In this document: piece after piece, positions 1 through 9,700 of the stretch | Layout: each line of letters begins with the position of its first letter | How positions within the stretch are numbered: the stretch's first letter is position 1 | From: a virus | Taxonomy: Duplodnaviria; Heunggongvirae; Uroviricota; Caudoviricetes | Reading direction: 5' to 3' (one strand) | DNA length: 64,000 nt | IMG/VR virus record: IMGVR_UViG_3300031760_000026 | The notes under the pieces: generated by a model | Databases searched by the model: none | What the model saw: the letters and a program-made list of their open reading frames with translations, nothing else | What the model was told of the DNA's origin: nothing | Position numbers and translations under genes: made by a program

Positions 1-4
1 ATGC

Positions 5-40
5 AGGAGGGGGGTGTATTTTTTAATGGCACCCTCCCCC
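5..40. other. GC-rich inverted repeat (GGAGGGGGGTG ... CACCCTCCCCC) at the window edge; possible terminator or structured element
   Basis: Near-perfect 11-bp G/C stem with a 13-nt AT loop seen directly in the sequence. It is the only GC-rich stretch in an AT-rich region. Confidence 0.3.
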
Positions 41-162
41 ATAAGCAGTATATCCCCCGAAAGATTCTATTTTTATATTATTTTAACCCGTTTTAATTAC
101 ATTTTTTATAAAAACTAATAAATTTCTTTGAATTAAGACAGGTATGGGCAATTACCTATTCA

Positions 163-396
163 TTATTTCTTAACTTTAATGTAATTACCATATAGATTGT
201 ACTTTAAAATCTCATCAATTGCTTGATTAACCACATAGTTCTCGTCTTCGGGGGACAGATCCGAAGAATCCTTTGCAATTCTAGCTATGTAGCCGCATGT
301 GTGATAGCCATGGCGTTCATCAAATGCAAACCATTCGTCGAATTGAGTAAAAGGATCATACGGATTGTCAGTGGTAGTCAACATGTAATGATCCAT
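163..396 (-). CDS. hypothetical protein
   Basis: 77-aa ORF with coherent, acidic/aromatic composition. No motif recognised. Confidence 0.35.
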   Translation of the reverse strand: MDHYMLTTTDNPYDPFTQFDEWFAFDERHGYHTCGYIARIAKDSSDLSPEDENYVVNQAIDEILKYNLYGNYIKVKK

Positions 397-659
397 ATTG
401 CATAGTCCTCGCGTTTTACACTATTCATAATTTCTCATTTAGGCATCGATTAAGTCATGCAATAAGCGATTTTAGAATTAATCCAAAAGCTATAGAAGCA
501 TTCCTGTTTTAAGGCATTCCTAAATATTTCATTGGCATTTAGTTAGAAAGCTTTCTTTTATTGGTCATCTCAAATAGATACTAAAAGGCATATAGAAACA
601 GATAAAAACTATTGCAAACCAAAATGGGTTATAAGAATTCCTAATAATAGGTGCCAATA

Positions 660-1312
660 AGTCAATTAAAAAATATCCATAAACCAACTTAGAGATCACT
701 CATAATAAGTGCAATAGCATAATGGTTATTAAAAGACTAGTTTAAAAATATCCATAAACTAGCTTAGAGAGTTCTTATAAAAGGTATTATGGACGCTAAA
801 AAGTCTATTTGAAAATATCCATAAACCAACTTAAAGAGCTCCCATAATAGATACTAAAAAGCCTGTTTAAAAATATCCATAAACTAACTTAAAGAACTCT
901 TATAATAGATACTAAAAAGTATGTTTGAAAATATCCATAAACCAACATAAAGAGTTTCTATAATAGATACTAAAAAGCCCGTTTGAAAATATCCATAAAC
1001 CAACTTAAAGGGTTCCTATAATAGATACTAAAAAGCCCATTTGAAAATATCCATAAACCAACTTGGAAAGCTCCTATAATAGATACTAAAAAGCCCGTTT
1101 GAAAATATCCATAAACCAACTTGGAAAGCTCCTATAATAGATACTAAAAAGCCTATTAAAATATCCATAAATGAACTTAAAAGATTCTAGTAGATGCAAT
1201 AAATGCCAAAAAAGGCCTAATTGAAAATATCCATAAGCCAACTTAAAGGATTCTAATAACTGTAATAGATACTAAAAGGCCAGATTGAAAATATCCATTA
1301 AGTTAATTATTC
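660..1312. repeat. tandem array of ~11 direct repeats with a ~59-60 bp period (unit approx AAAATATCCATAAACCAACTTAAAGAGCTCCTATAATAGATACTAAAAAGCCCGTTTGA); candidate iterons/origin or binding-site array
   Basis: The core AAATATCCATAA recurs at ~672, 757, 817, 877, 937, 997, 1051, 1110, 1167, 1227 and 1290. The units are contiguous with no spacers, diverge only mildly, and sit immediately 3' of the 915-aa RNAP-like gene. Confidence 0.85.
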
Positions 1313-4054
1313 ACTTAATTCTCTATTAAGAGTGGAAGTGGATACTCCAATCGCATCTGCAACTTCTGCATAAGTATAACCCTTATTAAGAAGAGTTCTA
1401 GCCCTCGATTTAGCAGCTGCAGACATTCCTTTATTAGCTCTAGGAGTCGCACGCTGTTTCAAATCATCGATATTAGTATACTTAAGAATTTCTGTCAGCA
1501 GATTGTCACTAATTGCTCCGGCTTGAATCGCTTTCCATTCTCTATCAGAAATGGTAATTGCAATGTTGTTTGGATTACTAGGATTTCTGCTTCTAGTGCC
1601 AACGGCTTTTCTGGCTCTTTCGATTTCCTGGGAACGAATCTTCTTTTTATCGTCTTTGTCCAAATTTGGATTTGCATTGATTCTCGCTGAACTTTTCACA
1701 CTAGCAATCATCTGAGCCTGGCGCTCCAAAGGAGAATTCTTTTTAGCAATATTAAGCTGGCTAATCAAAGAGGCTCTTTCAGAGGCATAAGCTTCTTTTG
1801 CAGAAGCATTTTGCTTAAGCCGGCCAGTATTAAGCATTTCTTTTCTAGCGCTATTAGCAAGACTTTTCAGCTTATTAGCATGATTAGCATAAATATCTTC
1901 AATGATCGTACCGGAGGACAGATCGTATGCGTTTCCACCTTTATTATAGATTTCAGTCATCTTGTCGCTCTTAATAGTTTTTGGCTGATAACTTCCATCT
2001 TTTTGTTGCTTCATCTTTCCGGTGGTTCTAAATATCTTATTGCCCTCAAGATAAGAAGCTTTCTCTTCATCGGTCATCTTGCTAAGAGACCTTACTTCTG
2101 TGCGATCAAGGACATACTCAGGAGACTTAGCTTTGGATATCAAAGTAGAAGATCCACCATTTGCTTTTCCTTGGTATTTCTTATTAAGCTCCTTGATACC
2201 ATTATCCTTTTCAGATGCGCGCCAATCCAGATTATGCTTTTCGGCATCGATGACAACCATTGAATGACGAACTGCCCTAGCAATTTCCTGATCTGTAGCA
2301 TTCCGAATTGTCATATCGGTTATAAGATTCGAAACTTTGCCCATCTGCATTTGCTTATGGAAACCAGTATCAGGACCGGTTTTAGGCATTCCTTCATATG
2401 CAGAATATCTTTCTTTAGGGTCAAAGTCTCTTAAGCCATAAAGTGGGGAAGATGGATTAACTTTCTCGCCAGCAATAATTTTAATTCCTTTGGTGGGAAT
2501 AACAGTTACAGTATCGCCGTCAAAATCTGCTCCGGACAATTGTTTTGCAACATTAGCGTTAATTCCAACTGCGGTTTTTGCATTGCCGAGAAGTTTTCTA
2601 CCTTCTTCATTATTGTTATTAACTCGAAGTCTCGGCATTTCAAAAGGACCAGCATGAGGATATCTTATTAAGACAACTTCTTCTCCGTTCTCATAATTAG
2701 GAGCATAGATTTCGGAGTCTTTAAGAGAACCAACTGGTAAAATAACGTGTGCGGCTTGTCTTGGGAGAGCAGCGGCTTTTAAATGCACCGCATTAGAATC
2801 GCAATCATCAGCGAATGATTCCAGAAGTTTACGCTTGATCGTTGGGTTAGTTAATGAACAAATCTCATCAAACTCCTGCTTCTTCTCTTTATAAGTAATA
2901 TCCAGCTGCTTCTTGGCCAACTGTGGAGGTTGCTTTGAAAGAAACTGAGAAGAAAGATTCTTAGACCACTTTTGCCAATCTTCATCTTCATTGACAATAT
3001 TTAAAGCTCCACGTTGATCTTTGATGGATGCTCCAAATGGGTTGCTTTCATCAACTTTACCAGTCGACTTATCCTTCTTCATTTCTTTAAGAACATCCAT
3101 TTTAGGAGTTCCTTCATGTTTATTGGTATTAAAGACAATATCCACGCCTTCAGGCATATTGTCCCCATACATCGCCATGCCCTTAAGATAGTGAGTGCCA
3201 TCGACAGCGATTCTCACCTGAGCATAGCGACTTTGGCCAATATCCAGATCCGGAACACCTTCACGAATCTCAATAACGCCATCTTTTTCAGAGCCGCCTT
3301 CTTCAGAATATCTTATTTGAACTCTATCAGAACTGATGCTTTGGGGCTTCTGAAAGGTCTTAACAACCTCGCCATAATCTTCAAACTTAATTCCTTCAGG
3401 AGAAGAAATCTGATCTCGATGTTGATACACTTCGGAGTACGGAACATCGTCTTTTGTAAGAACGATAACATTGGTTTTTTGAGTCGGATCACTTGCTTGA
3501 GGCACAGAGATTCGATGATAAGAATATCCATCCTGCTTAAGAAGCTCGACGGCCGCTTTCATCTGCTCTTTGGAAACATTAAGCTGAAGTTCAACACCTT
3601 CGCCAACATCCAAATATTTTCTTTCTTCAACTTGTTTTTTAAGCTCATCAGCAAGAAGTGTAGCTTTATCTCTACGAGCTTGGAAAGTAGGATCTAAATA
3701 ATGACGAACTGTAGATTCTGGAATTCCCAATTCTCTAGCAATCGCCATCTTGGAATTTCCAGCATCATATAAAGTCTGGACTCTGCGAATAGTATCTTTC
3801 TTCTGTTCATTCACAGCAATAGTGTGCATCGCTCGATACTGGCCAGTACTCATTCCAAAAGCTTCCGCAACTTGCTTATCTGTCAAACCTTGCTTCTTAA
3901 GATCGTTTGCTCTCTGAAGAAAGTTCTTATTTCGTTGAGGGTTTTTACCAGAGCCCCAAGGATATCTACCGGAATGCCTAGGGGTTCCATAATGTTCAGC
4001 ATCTTCTTCAACGTCTGGTAAATATCCATGATAGTTACTAAGCATCTTACTCAT
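1307..4054 (-). CDS. Large HTH-containing protein with an RNA-polymerase beta-prime-like double-psi beta-barrel catalytic motif (YonO/crAss-like non-canonical single-subunit RNAP or RNAP-like primase)
   Basis: The segment RYPHAGPFEMPRL...TAVGINANVAKQLSGADFDGDTVTVIP aligns with the beta-prime active-site region (R.P..H...NADFDGDQMAVH.P), with the DFDGD codons at about nt 2506-2532. There are sigma region-4-like HTHs near the N-terminus (LTDKQVAEAFGMSTGQY; MAIARELGIPESTVRHYL) and at the C-terminus (YTYAEVADAIGVSTSTLNREL). An AGGAG-type RBS lies upstream. Confidence 0.55.
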   Translation of the reverse strand: MSKMLSNYHGYLPDVEEDAEHYGTPRHSGRYPWGSGKNPQRNKNFLQRANDLKKQGLTDKQVAEAFGMSTGQYRAMHTIAVNEQKKDTIRRVQTLYDAGNSKMAIARELGIPESTVRHYLDPTFQARRDKATLLADELKKQVEERKYLDVGEGVELQLNVSKEQMKAAVELLKQDGYSYHRISVPQASDPTQKTNVIVLTKDDVPYSEVYQHRDQISSPEGIKFEDYGEVVKTFQKPQSISSDRVQIRYSEEGGSEKDGVIEIREGVPDLDIGQSRYAQVRIAVDGTHYLKGMAMYGDNMPEGVDIVFNTNKHEGTPKMDVLKEMKKDKSTGKVDESNPFGASIKDQRGALNIVNEDEDWQKWSKNLSSQFLSKQPPQLAKKQLDITYKEKKQEFDEICSLTNPTIKRKLLESFADDCDSNAVHLKAAALPRQAAHVILPVGSLKDSEIYAPNYENGEEVVLIRYPHAGPFEMPRLRVNNNNEEGRKLLGNAKTAVGINANVAKQLSGADFDGDTVTVIPTKGIKIIAGEKVNPSSPLYGLRDFDPKERYSAYEGMPKTGPDTGFHKQMQMGKVSNLITDMTIRNATDQEIARAVRHSMVVIDAEKHNLDWRASEKDNGIKELNKKYQGKANGGSSTLISKAKSPEYVLDRTEVRSLSKMTDEEKASYLEGNKIFRTTGKMKQQKDGSYQPKTIKSDKMTEIYNKGGNAYDLSSGTIIEDIYANHANKLKSLANSARKEMLNTGRLKQNASAKEAYASERASLISQLNIAKKNSPLERQAQMIASVKSSARINANPNLDKDDKKKIRSQEIERARKAVGTRSRNPSNPNNIAITISDREWKAIQAGAISDNLLTEILKYTNIDDLKQRATPRANKGMSAAAKSRARTLLNKGYTYAEVADAIGVSTSTLNRELSE

Positions 4055-4608
4055 TCTCCTTCATCCTGAATTTGAGACAATCTCTTATCAAAGAAAATAA
4101 TTTTATCCATAATCGTAAGAATGTCTTCCGGCTCAGGATTCAACACGGAAATTTCATCCGACTGGTAAATGCGGAGTTCCATTTCAATCTGATTTGGATC
4201 AACACTATACTCTAAACAAAAAAGAGCAGCATAAATCATAAGCTGCTCCATATGTGCCGGAGTTATTCCAGATTTCAGATCGTGTATCCGCAAAAAGTTG
4301 TTTCTAAAAGAAATAGAATCTGCAGTCCCAAAGCAATTATTTGAATAATATAAAGGCTGTTCGGGGGTCATCTTGAAACCAATTGCGTCATTAACATACA
4401 TATTCAATGTCTTTTTTGACTTCGGCAATTTGATTCCAAGCTCAATCGCTTTTCTAGCAAAATCATGAAGCTCGGTCCCTCTTTGGATAGCCAAATTACT
4501 CTGGTATGCAGATATCAATTTCTCTTCATCATAGTTTAGCCAATGATACTTAGATGCGCTTAGAAATGCATGTTTTCCTTCTAGGTTGAAGTGCTTGTTG
4601 AAGTTCAT
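4051..4608 (-). CDS. PD-(D/E)xK family nuclease (Cas4/RecB/YqaJ-like)
   Basis: Motifs GTELHDF ... GTADSISF ... LRIHDLKSG match the D...(D/E)xK signature. The start overlaps the upstream VRR-NUC ORF. Confidence 0.5.
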   Translation of the reverse strand: MNFNKHFNLEGKHAFLSASKYHWLNYDEEKLISAYQSNLAIQRGTELHDFARKAIELGIKLPKSKKTLNMYVNDAIGFKMTPEQPLYYSNNCFGTADSISFRNNFLRIHDLKSGITPAHMEQLMIYAALFCLEYSVDPNQIEMELRIYQSDEISVLNPEPEDILTIMDKIIFFDKRLSQIQDEGE

Positions 4609-4870
4609 TCAGTACCTCCGCCTCATTCTCTGGAAATATAAAGCGAGCAAATGACATTTGATTTGCTTGCTCTACATAGTAATCTTGATTGCTTTGATGA
4701 ATCTCATTTTTAGACTTTTTGCACTCAAGGAATGCCCATCGATCTTCATAAAGAATTGTAAGATCTGGAATCCCTTGAATATAGTTTGGATCATTTTTTA
4801 AAACTATGCATCCAGGAAATTCATCTTTAATTTTTTTAATCAAGTTACTTTGAAACTTGTTTTCTTTCAT
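4550..4870 (-). CDS. VRR-NUC-like PD-(D/E)xK nuclease
   Basis: GIPDLTILYEDRWAFLECKKS has a D..ExK arrangement typical of VRR-NUC. Small protein (106 aa). Confidence 0.45.
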   Translation of the reverse strand: MKENKFQSNLIKKIKDEFPGCIVLKNDPNYIQGIPDLTILYEDRWAFLECKKSKNEIHQSNQDYYVEQANQMSFARFIFPENEAEVLNELQQALQPRRKTCISKRI

Positions 4871-4944
4871 AGTCTTTTCCGCTCCGAAATATAAAAGGAG
4901 CTGCCATATCTCCTCTATTATAAGGAATGTATTTCTTGCGAATT

Positions 4945-6177
4945 TTAAGAATATACAAAACCACTTTCGTTGAAGTTTTTCTTCTGTTTAAGAGCTCTCG
5001 AGATAGCCAAGTCCAAAGGGCAACTGGATTTTAGCCGATAGTAATATAAATCTTTGTATGGAGTGTTCATCCGATCTATTCTTCCGGCCGACTGAACCAT
5101 AATTTTGTAAGAATAGTTCAATGAATAAAAAATTATCGTGTCGGTCTGTATGCAATTCCAGCCTTCTGCTCCGGCAGTATACTGCACCAAATATACCCAC
5201 TTTTCACCATTTGGAATGTACTCATGTTTATGCCCATTCCATTCGGCGACCTGAACACCGGGGCCATAATCAATAGATTTTAAAATATCCAATTCGTAAT
5301 CATAATTATAGAAGATTATTGTCCTAGGATGATTCTTCCTCAGTTCTAATATGGCTTCTACTCTACTTGGATCACTATTAATTACTCTCCTTGCTGTATA
5401 ACATAGTTCTGCAGCATTTACGATTGGGGAATCTGAAAATATATTCCATCTCTTTCCCATTACAAACTTATATGTTTCTTTGTCATAATCGACGGTAATT
5501 GTTTCATGATGTGTGACTGTTGGACGAGTATAGTCCATATTGATAAGGATCTTATTTCTTAGTTTAATCAATCGACCTTGGTCCAAATATCTATCAACTT
5601 GTGGAAACTTGGCAAACCTCTTGTATACAACATGCCTGGTTATGAACTCGCTTTTATTCTTGTAAAAACCATTTGCTACAAACACCGGCATGTAATCCAT
5701 CCATGTATCACCTGGAGTTGCGCTTAATAATATCCATCTATTCCTTTTGGCTATTTGCCAGAAAGATTTGGTCCACGCTCCAGATCCGACGACCCTTTGT
5801 TCATCAAATATAAAGAATGAGTCTTTCACATTAATGTACTTCTTAATGTTGTTCCAAGAATCAATCACCAATGACATCTGACCAAAATATAAAGAATCTT
5901 CATTATTTGAAATTAGAAATGGGGAGCATTCTTTTTCCCACTCTTTGGTATCTCTTTTTCTAGCAGTGGTAATAATATAAAGGTCTTTCGGGTTCTTCAT
6001 TGGATAATAGTCATCTTTTAAGCCCTTTGAAAACCCATCAAGTATGCCATTACACTCTTTTGTGAAAAAATATGCCAATGACGTTCTTGATTTGCCAGAC
6101 CCAACTCCTCCGCAAAGAATAGATCCATTACCCAATCGATCAACAGCATCCCATTGGTAATCATATAAAAAACTCAT
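4945..6177 (-). CDS. SF2 DEAD/DExH-box helicase
   Basis: Walker A is GGVGSGKS, motif II is FIFDEQRV (DExx) and motif III is LLSATPG. Helicase C-terminal-like region follows. Confidence 0.8.
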   Translation of the reverse strand: MSFLYDYQWDAVDRLGNGSILCGGVGSGKSRTSLAYFFTKECNGILDGFSKGLKDDYYPMKNPKDLYIITTARKRDTKEWEKECSPFLISNNEDSLYFGQMSLVIDSWNNIKKYINVKDSFFIFDEQRVVGSGAWTKSFWQIAKRNRWILLSATPGDTWMDYMPVFVANGFYKNKSEFITRHVVYKRFAKFPQVDRYLDQGRLIKLRNKILINMDYTRPTVTHHETITVDYDKETYKFVMGKRWNIFSDSPIVNAAELCYTARRVINSDPSRVEAILELRKNHPRTIIFYNYDYELDILKSIDYGPGVQVAEWNGHKHEYIPNGEKWVYLVQYTAGAEGWNCIQTDTIIFYSLNYSYKIMVQSAGRIDRMNTPYKDLYYYRLKSSCPLDLAISRALKQKKNFNESGFVYS

Positions 6178-6195
6178 TTTTAATTAGACCTTTCT

Positions 6196-6233
6196 GAAAA
6201 AAGAAAAAGGGCTGCTTAGTTTAGCAGCCCTTT
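6196..6233 (-). terminator. rho-independent terminator downstream of the SSB-like gene
   Basis: Hairpin GGGCTGC-TTAGTTTA-GCAGCCC followed on the minus strand by a T-rich run (TTTTTCTTTTTT). Confidence 0.6.
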
Positions 6234-6243
6234 AAAATATCTT

Positions 6244-6732
6244 TTAGAATGGAGTGTCCTCATCCAGGCCATCTTCTTCAAGATTCCTGTATTTCTTCTC
6301 GAATTCATTCTCGACAATCGTAACATACATGTTCTTGACATACGCCTTAATTCCGCCCTTTCCATTTACTTCCCAAGTATAAGGACGAACAATAATATCC
6401 ACATTCTCAATCTCAGCGTAATCCAGAACCGCGACTGTGTCCTCATTCAGCTCGGTTTTCTTTCCTCCAGAAACAAGCCAAATCTTAGGCGGGAAATTAT
6501 CAAAAGCTACGGCAACCTGAAGGTATGCCTGCGGCTCATCATCCGGATCTCGAGGATTAAGATACTTCACATTCCAGCCAATATCCTTAAGATCCTCAGC
6601 GACATCGTTATCAAGAACAAGGCAGAAATTGCGCTTGCCCTTTGCATTAAACTTGCTTTCCTTACCTGCAAAATTTCTGAAAATGATTCTTGCATTCTCC
6701 ACAGAAATATTAGAAACTCTCTGATTAGCCAT
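6244..6732 (-). CDS. ssb: single-stranded DNA-binding protein-like (acidic C-terminal tip LDEDTPF)
   Basis: The C-terminus EEDGLDEDTPF resembles the conserved SSB tail (DDDIPF). It lies in the replication module and has a strong RBS. Confidence 0.45.
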   Translation of the reverse strand: MANQRVSNISVENARIIFRNFAGKESKFNAKGKRNFCLVLDNDVAEDLKDIGWNVKYLNPRDPDDEPQAYLQVAVAFDNFPPKIWLVSGGKKTELNEDTVAVLDYAEIENVDIIVRPYTWEVNGKGGIKAYVKNMYVTIVENEFEKKYRNLEEDGLDEDTPF

Positions 6733-6766
6733 AATTAATAGCTCCTTTCAAAAATATAAATAATTA
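6733..6766 (-). promoter_or_regulatory. example of the recurrent upstream motif TTATATTTTTGAAAGGAG-N(7-10)-ATG (promoter-like element fused to the RBS)
   Basis: On the minus strand: TTATTTATATTTTTGAAAGGAGCTATTAATT ATG. The same motif precedes ~20 genes in the window (see findings). Confidence 0.5.
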
Positions 6767-9700
6767 AGAGGCAAATGCCTCGAAATCTCCATACTGAGAA
6801 ATCGAAGTAATTGCCTCATCTACCATTGCCGCATAATATCTTCGGTCGATGTCATCTTCTTTATGCAGAGTCTTTACCATTTCGGACTCCATCCAACGAT
6901 ATCCCTTCGTCCCCGTGGCTGCGCTATACTTACCATTCTTTTCTCTCAAAAGAATTCCGCCGCCACATCCTGGTTTAATTGGGCAGAAAGAACCGGCTTT
7001 ACCAACAAATTGGTAGTTATGACCAGAACAAATCCGAGAATATAAATCTACAGCTTCTTTTAATGCTGACTGATACTCTTCGTTCTGGTATGAAATATCC
7101 ATGTCTCCAGCAGCAAATGCTTTCGCAGTATTCTGAATGCCAATTAGATCAAATCCATGTTCCTTACAGATTTTATCAAGATGCTTCTCATACTCGCTAA
7201 CATCTGGAAGATTCTCATTCATGTCCAAATATAAGGCCGAGGTTACAGTTTTAGTTTCGCACATGTCTCGGAATCCGATTGCAGATTTACTAAACAATGT
7301 TTTGAATACATATGGAACCTGAAACTGTGTGCCTGTTGCAGTCCAAGCGGTTTTTACACTTTCGCCAGTAGGAAGCTCAAAGTCATGCTCGCCATCATCA
7401 TACTTAGCAATATAAACTGCATCATTAACTAAGCACATCTTGGCATATGTGGCCTCATGCTCAAAAGTATATCCATACTGCTTTCCATAATTCATAACAA
7501 ACTCAATGATCTCTGGAGTCGCATCAGGAATCTTGATTGAGTCTGTTTTAATATGCGCCACAGTATAGCCACGATCCTGAACCTCATGCTTCAAATTAAT
7601 CATGAATAAGGCTCCACGTTTAGCCACGATATTATCAATGTTGCGAGGATCTTTGAATGGATTCTCAAATGTTGCCGATGTCAAACCATATACACTATTA
7701 ATCGCAATCTTTAATGCATATGACAAAGCCTTTGCCTGCTTTCCATCAGTTAAATATTTAGAAAGTTTTCCACCAAACAGATTTCCTGCTGCCTCAAAGT
7801 CTTTATGCTTAATATAAATTCGAGCTTGCTTAATGTCACTGAAGTTCTTTGTATACGGACCAAACAGATTTAGGCACTCAATACTCGTCGGGTGCATAGA
7901 AGCGATGTCTAGCAGTGCCACATTGGAGTACATGCCAGGCTCAGAATATACATAGCCACCTTCACCAGTTTCCTCACCTCTATAAGTACTCTTTCCATGA
8001 TCATACTTATACCCAGGAAACATTTCTGAAAGATCAGTATACACAAACTGAGATTGGGGCTTCTTTTCTGATCCAAATATAATTCTAGTAGTATGCATGT
8101 TTGTCGTGGCATTCACATTCAAACCGGAAATATCCGCCAGAATCTCTCTTGCCACAAAATCCTCGTGACGTGCATTAAATACTGCTTCAGTAGCAATGAC
8201 ATCATTATCGCAATACTCAGCCACCTTCTCCCAAAGTTCTTCTGGAACAGGCTGATCCCACGGAAGACCGAGTTCCTGATGATGAATATCAAGTTCGATT
8301 TCCCACTTTTTCAAGCTCTGTTTCTTAGCACAGAAGTCATATACATCTGTGTAAGAAATATCATACGCTTCTCCAAAGAAGGCATTAGAACTTCCGCCAA
8401 TAATCCTTTGAGACAGCTCATAAATCTGAGATTCGGAATATCCAAGCATTCTGGCATAAAGAATGTGGTTATCGTAGCGTCGACAGTTAAAACCAACAAG
8501 TTTAAATCTAATCAGATCCTCAATCTCATTTGGAGACGGATTGATCATTCTATTTACCGGATTTCCTTCTCCTTCTTTCTTCCAGTTAACAAGAAGAAGA
8601 TTAGGGAAAACCTCGACATCATAGAATATCAAGAAGTCTTCCAAAGATTCCATTGCTTCTGATGGTTCATCTGACTTAAAGTGCATTTGATCAACCATCT
8701 TTAAACAATCAGATGCATGGTGACTACTCTTAGCCGCAAAAGTCATAATATAAGGTCTAAGATTTGTCACATCATAATGCATTCCACTTTCGTACGCGTC
8801 GTTTAAAACCTTCTTAATAAACTCACAGCTAGTAACTGTCGCATGTGGAGCATACTCTTTTGCCAGACTTCTCCGAATGATTGTTCTTAGGGCTTTCTCA
8901 TTTTTAATAGATTCAAAATTTACCACTTTGTCCTCCTTTCGAAGTGGTAAGCCAGAACTGATAGTTGCAAATATCAATGGCGCACACTTGGTAAGCTTAC
9001 GTCTCAATGAAGACTTACCACTAAACACCTTAACTTCGATTCCATCCTCATAGATTCTACTAAGCTTACTTACATCGCCATTGTAAATATAATGCAGATG
9101 GATTCCTTGCCCGCTCTTGCTAAGCTCAGCGTAAGTTTTAGGCCATTTAGAAGCTGCCTCGATGTTCCTTTCAAGAGACTTGTTGCCTTCGCGATCCTTT
9201 AAATCGAAATCGATTACGATATGATTCTCAGGCACTCTAACATAGTGGAGCTTGCTAGTGTCAAGATCTGATAGTCTTGTTGTAACTTCATCCCACTTTT
9301 TCCAAGGCCCCTCAGTGTCTGGGTTAGCATATTGAGCTAAAGCTGTAGCCATCTCCAAATCAAACGGAGACTTAGTCTCAACAAACTGAAGCCAAGTTCG
9401 ATCTTCAGAATTGCCTAGCTCTTCAGCCCCTGAAATATCTTGCTCATTAGATTGCTCCTCCTCGATGCCAAACTTACTAAGCTTTAAGCCGCTATAATAG
9501 TTTCTAACTTGATTGTCATCCTTATCTCTAGCTCTATCATCAAAATGTTCAAAATAGTTTTTAAGCTCTTCTTTAAATAGCCTCTTGCTATATGGATAAG
9601 GAACTTTAGCTTCTTCACAGTATTCCTTGTATCTAGTCCATGCTTGCTGAAGAGTAACTCCATCCGCCTGCCTAAAATCAAAGAAATTTTCCTCCATATA

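Noticed and set aside
660-1312. CRISPR array
   Set aside because: The 59-bp units are contiguous and mutually similar with no interspersed unique spacers, and there are no cas genes in the window.
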